Translations under genes and position numbers: made by a program
Assembly: GCA_963763775.1 (NCBI GenBank)
Contig: CAVXPZ010000004.1
Span: forward strand, 224,001 to 288,000
From: an uncultured Chloroflexia bacterium
GTDB taxonomy: Bacteria > Chloroflexota > Limnocylindria > Limnocylindrales > CSP1-4
DNA length: 64,000 nucleotides
Direction of reading: 5' to 3'
The notes under the pieces: model-generated
The model's input: only the letters and a program-made list of their open reading frames with translations
Told to the model about the DNA's origin: nothing
Databases searched by the model: none
Part shown: in pieces, positions 60,392 to 64,000 of the stretch
Position numbering within the stretch: position 1 is the first letter of the stretch
Layout of the letters: each line of letters starts with the position of its first letter

Positions 60392-63043
60392 CTAGCGGAC
60401 CGTGATGAACTTGTCGACGTCGACCCTCGGGTGACCGGACGTGCCGCTCACCTTGATCGTGATCGTCCGCTTGGCGCTGGACGTCCACGACCACGACCCG
60501 ACGACCTTCGATGCCTGGCTCGTCGCCGAGAACAGGCTGATCGAGCCGACGAACTTGCCGTTGATGTAGACCTTGGCGCTGCCGCGGGTCGGGCCCGTCG
60601 GCGCGGCGAGGACCACCTGCCGACCGGTGAAGGTCAGGCTGGCCTTGCGGCCGCTGACCGAGGCGAAGTGCGTCGTGCCACCGGCGTACGACGTGCTCCG
60701 CGACGTGCTCCACGACCCGGTGTACTTCACCGTGGACACGGTGTCCTGGTAGCCGCCGAGATGGAACGTGGTGCCCATGACCCAGGCCGACTCGTTGCCG
60801 GCCGCGTCGACGGCGCGGACGCGGAACCGGTAGTCCTTACCGGTGGACAGCGCGCGGTCCAGGTGCTTGTTCGCGGTGGCGCCGACGGTCACCCACGCAC
60901 CGGTGTTGGTCCTCTGGGCGAGGACGTAGTGGTCGATGCCGCTGCCGGCGTCGGCTCCGGTCCAGCTGATCCGGATGACCGGCGACGCGCCGTGGAGCGC
61001 GAGGCCGACCGGGATGGAGCGCTTCGGCGCCGTGACGGTGGGCTTGGTCGTGTCCGGCCGGAGGCCGAAGAACACGCCCACTCGGCCGTCGAGCGAGTCG
61101 GAGTCCCACGAGACAGCGCCGGGGGCGCCGACCGCCGGGTCGCCGATGCCGTCGCCGTCGACGTCGCCGATCGCGACGGCGTCACCCGCGAAGGCATGTG
61201 TCACGTCGCCGTCGATACGCACCCAGTGCGTGTCGAGGACGTCGAAGTTCTCGTCCGTCAGGACGGCGGCGCCGCGGACCAGGAAGGCGCTCCCAGCGCC
61301 CTCGCCGTTGTTCCCGTCGAGCGCGGCGCCGATGAGGGCGTCCGATCGCCCGTCGTGGTTCGTGTCGCCCATCGCCACGTCGTTGCCGAGCGTGTCGGAG
61401 GGTGCCGCGATGCGAAGGACGCGGGCGCTGGTGGAGGTCGCGAGGTGGTCGATCGAGGTGTTCGTGCTGGCGCCGCGGACGATGGAGGCCGCCCAGTCGA
61501 AGCCGGGGTGCACGATGACGATGTCGGCGAAGCCGTCGCCGTCCATGTCGCCGCTGCCGACCGCGGTGATCCCGAGGTCCTCGTCGCCACCGATCTTGAA
61601 GCCCTGGCCCGATGTGAGCGCACTGGCGTCGATGTTCGACATGGCGGTCTGGCCGTAGACCACGGTCGCGTTCGAGCCGTGCCCGGTGCCGGAGCCGATG
61701 ACGACGTCCGCACGGGTGTCGCCGTTGACGTCGCCACCGGCGACGGAGGAACCGCTGCCGGCACCCGCGCCGGAGATGTGGACGCCGCGAGCGGCGAGGG
61801 CCGCCAGGTTGACGTTGGTGAACGAGGTCCCGCCGAACACGACGTCGACGCCGCCGGCGCCACTGGCGAGACCCGGGGAGCCGATCACGATGTCGTCGTG
61901 GCCGTCGCCGTTGACGTCGCCCACGCCCGCGATCGCGCGGCCGGTCAGGTCGCCCGCCGTGGATCCGGTGATCGTCGCGCCCTGCGCGGCGGTCATCGTG
62001 GTCACGTCGAGGTCGGCGATCGTCGCCGAGCCGAAGACGACGTACACGACGCCCTTGCCCGAGGCGGCGCCCTCGGCGCCGATCAGGAGGTCATCGATGC
62101 CGTCGCCGTTGAGGTCGCCGGCGTTCGCGAGCGAGCGGCCGAAGCCGACCCCGCTCGGTCCGTCGATCCGGATGCCGGCGCCGGCGCCCAGGGCGCCGAG
62201 GTCCAGGGTCGCGAAGGTCGCGCGCCCGAAGGCGACGATGACGTACCCCGGATCGACGACGGGCTGGTTCGAGGTGGTGGTCCCGCCGATCGCGAGATCG
62301 GCCTTGCCGTCATGGTTGAGGTCGGGGGTGCCGATGGCGCCGCCGAGCTGGTCGCCGCCCGCAGGGCCGTCGAGCCGGATGACGGCGTCGGCGACCGAGG
62401 CGACGTTCGCCGTGGCGCGCACGTTGATCCGCCCGTCCGTGGTGGCCCCGTCCTTGTCGGTGGACTGCACGCCGACCAGCGTCGTCGTGGAGTCGGGCCA
62501 CTGGCAGCGGAGGGTCTTCACGTCGGGATCGGCGGTGTCGCCCGTCGCCTTGACGGTCCCGGTGCCGCAGTCGGCCGTGTTGGTCAGCGTGTCGCCCGGC
62601 ACATCCGTGGCGGTGTACTCGAAGACGCGGTCCGACGCCGAGAAGATCGGCACGAAGTGGGGGCCGGTCGTGGACGCGACCGGCGGGATGTTCAGCGCGT
62701 TGACCGTGAAGGTCGCGGTGTTGAAGCCGTCCGTGTCGGTCGCCTTGACGGTCACGACGGTCGATGCAGGCCCGTCAGGAACGGGCATCGACCAGATCCA
62801 CCGTCCCGCGTTGTCGGGGTCGGCCTCGATGGTGCCGACGTCCGCGGAGAGCGTGACGGTGTCGCCGTCGGCCTCGGTGAACGTCCCGCCCATCTCGGCG
62901 GTCTGGCCCTCGTCGACGTCGACGGTAGCGGCATCGACCGTGATGTCGGGCGGCGTGGCCGCCAGCACCGCCGGACCCATCGCCATCGCGGCGAGGAGGA
63001 GGACGGCGAACGTGGCAATGAAGCGGCGGCGGCGCAAGCGCAT
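60392..63043 (-). CDS. Secreted FG-GAP (integrin-alpha-like beta-propeller) protein with Ig-like and Fn3-like domains
   Basis: Signal peptide; seven DxxxDG repeats; YRFRVRAVDAAGN; basic beta-sandwich C-terminus. Confidence 0.8.
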   Translation of the reverse strand: MRLRRRRFIATFAVLLLAAMAMGPAVLAATPPDITVDAATVDVDEGQTAEMGGTFTEADGDTVTLSADVGTIEADPDNAGRWIWSMPVPDGPASTVVTVKATDTDGFNTATFTVNALNIPPVASTTGPHFVPIFSASDRVFEYTATDVPGDTLTNTADCGTGTVKATGDTADPDVKTLRCQWPDSTTTLVGVQSTDKDGATTDGRINVRATANVASVADAVIRLDGPAGGDQLGGAIGTPDLNHDGKADLAIGGTTTSNQPVVDPGYVIVAFGRATFATLDLGALGAGAGIRIDGPSGVGFGRSLANAGDLNGDGIDDLLIGAEGAASGKGVVYVVFGSATIADLDVTTMTAAQGATITGSTAGDLTGRAIAGVGDVNGDGHDDIVIGSPGLASGAGGVDVVFGGTSFTNVNLAALAARGVHISGAGAGSGSSVAGGDVNGDTRADVVIGSGTGHGSNATVVYGQTAMSNIDASALTSGQGFKIGGDEDLGITAVGSGDMDGDGFADIVIVHPGFDWAASIVRGASTNTSIDHLATSTSARVLRIAAPSDTLGNDVAMGDTNHDGRSDALIGAALDGNNGEGAGSAFLVRGAAVLTDENFDVLDTHWVRIDGDVTHAFAGDAVAIGDVDGDGIGDPAVGAPGAVSWDSDSLDGRVGVFFGLRPDTTKPTVTAPKRSIPVGLALHGASPVIRISWTGADAGSGIDHYVLAQRTNTGAWVTVGATANKHLDRALSTGKDYRFRVRAVDAAGNESAWVMGTTFHLGGYQDTVSTVKYTGSWSTSRSTSYAGGTTHFASVSGRKASLTFTGRQVVLAAPTGPTRGSAKVYINGKFVGSISLFSATSQASKVVGSWSWTSSAKRTITIKVSGTSGHPRVDVDKFITVR

Positions 63044-63202
63044 CAGCGCATCTCCTCGTCTCGGGCGAGTGGTCCTTTTGGGCCAGGGTCGCATCCGTAT
63101 GGGCTACGTCCCGCAACGTCACCACGGCCCGGCCCAAAGGTCAAGCGACTTCGGTGCGCCCCCGCACCTGAACCGTCGATCCGGCGGGGCCGGCCGGCCG
63201 GG

Positions 63203-63643
63203 TCAGAGCTCGACGCCCTCGCCGTAGCGCTCGCGGTGGTCGAGCGGGATCAGCGGTTTCTCGCCACGGGCCTTGATCTGCTGGACCGACCACGTGTTCC
63301 CGTCGGGGTCCGTGAAACCGAAGAACGTGCCGCCATCGCGCTCGTCGAAGACGGTCATCTCGCTGACCTCCACACCGCGGTCGACGAGCTCCTGCCGGGC
63401 CGCCTGCGCATCGGCGACCACCAGCTGCAGGCCGCGCATCGATCCCGGCGCCATCTCGCGCTGCGACGGGAGATCGCCGATGACGATCGAGCAGCCCGAG
63501 CCGTTGGGCGTGAGCTGGACGACATGCATCCATTCGTTGGTCGTGTCGTGGTCGAGGTGGAAGCCCACCTTGTCGCGATAGAACGCGACCGCGGCATCGA
63601 TGTCGGCGACGGGCAGCAGCACGACTTCGAGGGTCCAATCCAT
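63203..63643 (-). CDS. VOC/glyoxalase family protein
   Basis: MDWTLEVVLLPVADID, VQLTPNGSGC, FTDPDGNTWSVQQ. Confidence 0.9.
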   Translation of the reverse strand: MDWTLEVVLLPVADIDAAVAFYRDKVGFHLDHDTTNEWMHVVQLTPNGSGCSIVIGDLPSQREMAPGSMRGLQLVVADAQAARQELVDRGVEVSEMTVFDERDGGTFFGFTDPDGNTWSVQQIKARGEKPLIPLDHRERYGEGVEL

Positions 63644-63679
63644 GCGATCTCCTCCGGTTCCAGGTCGAGGGAGGCCAGC

Positions 63680-64000
63680 CTACCGGGCGAGGCCCACCGG
63701 CGGGCGTTCGCCACCGAAGGCGCCCGGCGTGACGCCGAGGAACCGCTTGAACCGGTGCGTCAGGTGCGCCTGGTCGAAGAAGCCCACGTCCGCCGCGACG
63801 TCGGCCAACGGGCGGCCATCGAGGATCCGCGTCCGCGCCAGGTCGAGGCGGCGGGCGACGAGATAGGCGTGCGGCGTGATGTGGAACGCCGCGACGAAGG
63901 CGCGCGTGACCTGCGTCGGGCTCGCGTCGAGTCGCCGGGCGGCCGCCGCGACGGTGACGGTCTCGGTGACGTGCTCGTCCAGGTAGGCGCGGAAGGCCTC
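63680..64000 (-). CDS. AraC family transcriptional regulator, C-terminal part
   Basis: Manual translation EAFRAYLDEH...TRAFVAAFHITPHAY...ADVAADVGFFDQAHLTHRFKRFLGVTPGAF. Confidence 0.85.
   Translation of the reverse strand, partial: EAFRAYLDEHVTETVTVAAAARRLDASPTQVTRAFVAAFHITPHAYLVARRLDLARTRILDGRPLADVAADVGFFDQAHLTHRFKRFLGVTPGAFGGERPPVGLAR

Overview
Very GC-rich bacterial chromosomal window; gene style suggests a high-GC soil/freshwater Chloroflexota or Actinomycetota-like organism (inference only). About 20 single-base frameshifts in otherwise intact genes are most simply read as long-read consensus errors. Content: (1) 1-12.7 kb, a catabolic cluster for an unknown substrate (GMC oxidoreductase, DHDPS-family enzyme, SDR, MBL hydrolase, three-subunit molybdenum hydroxylase, GntR, transaldolase) that also carries two complementary PEP-utilising/dikinase half-enzymes, each with its own phospho-His domain; this is the best candidate for an undescribed system. 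(2) 12.7-17.1 kb, a sugar module (SIS, GntR/UTRA, ROK, deoC, SDR) with two identical operators and an unannotated ~174-nt rod-shaped, 6S-like RNA. (3) 17-44 kb, mostly housekeeping/envelope genes (GT39, GtrA, ABC ATPase, NUDIX, GNAT, pncB, M1 and M23 peptidases, glgC, prepilin peptidase, pepA, add, STAND cyclase, HAD, NYN, ccsA, SIS). (4) 44.5-48.2 kb, csp-GT4-(alpha/alpha)-GH130 cluster. (5) 48-56 kb, LAL regulator cassette and class II ribonucleotide reductase preceded by a LexA-like box, helically phased DnaA-like boxes and two NrdR boxes. (6) 56-64 kb, small accessory genes, four VOC proteins and a secreted seven-repeat FG-GAP protein. No rRNA, tRNA, CRISPR array or transposase was recognised.
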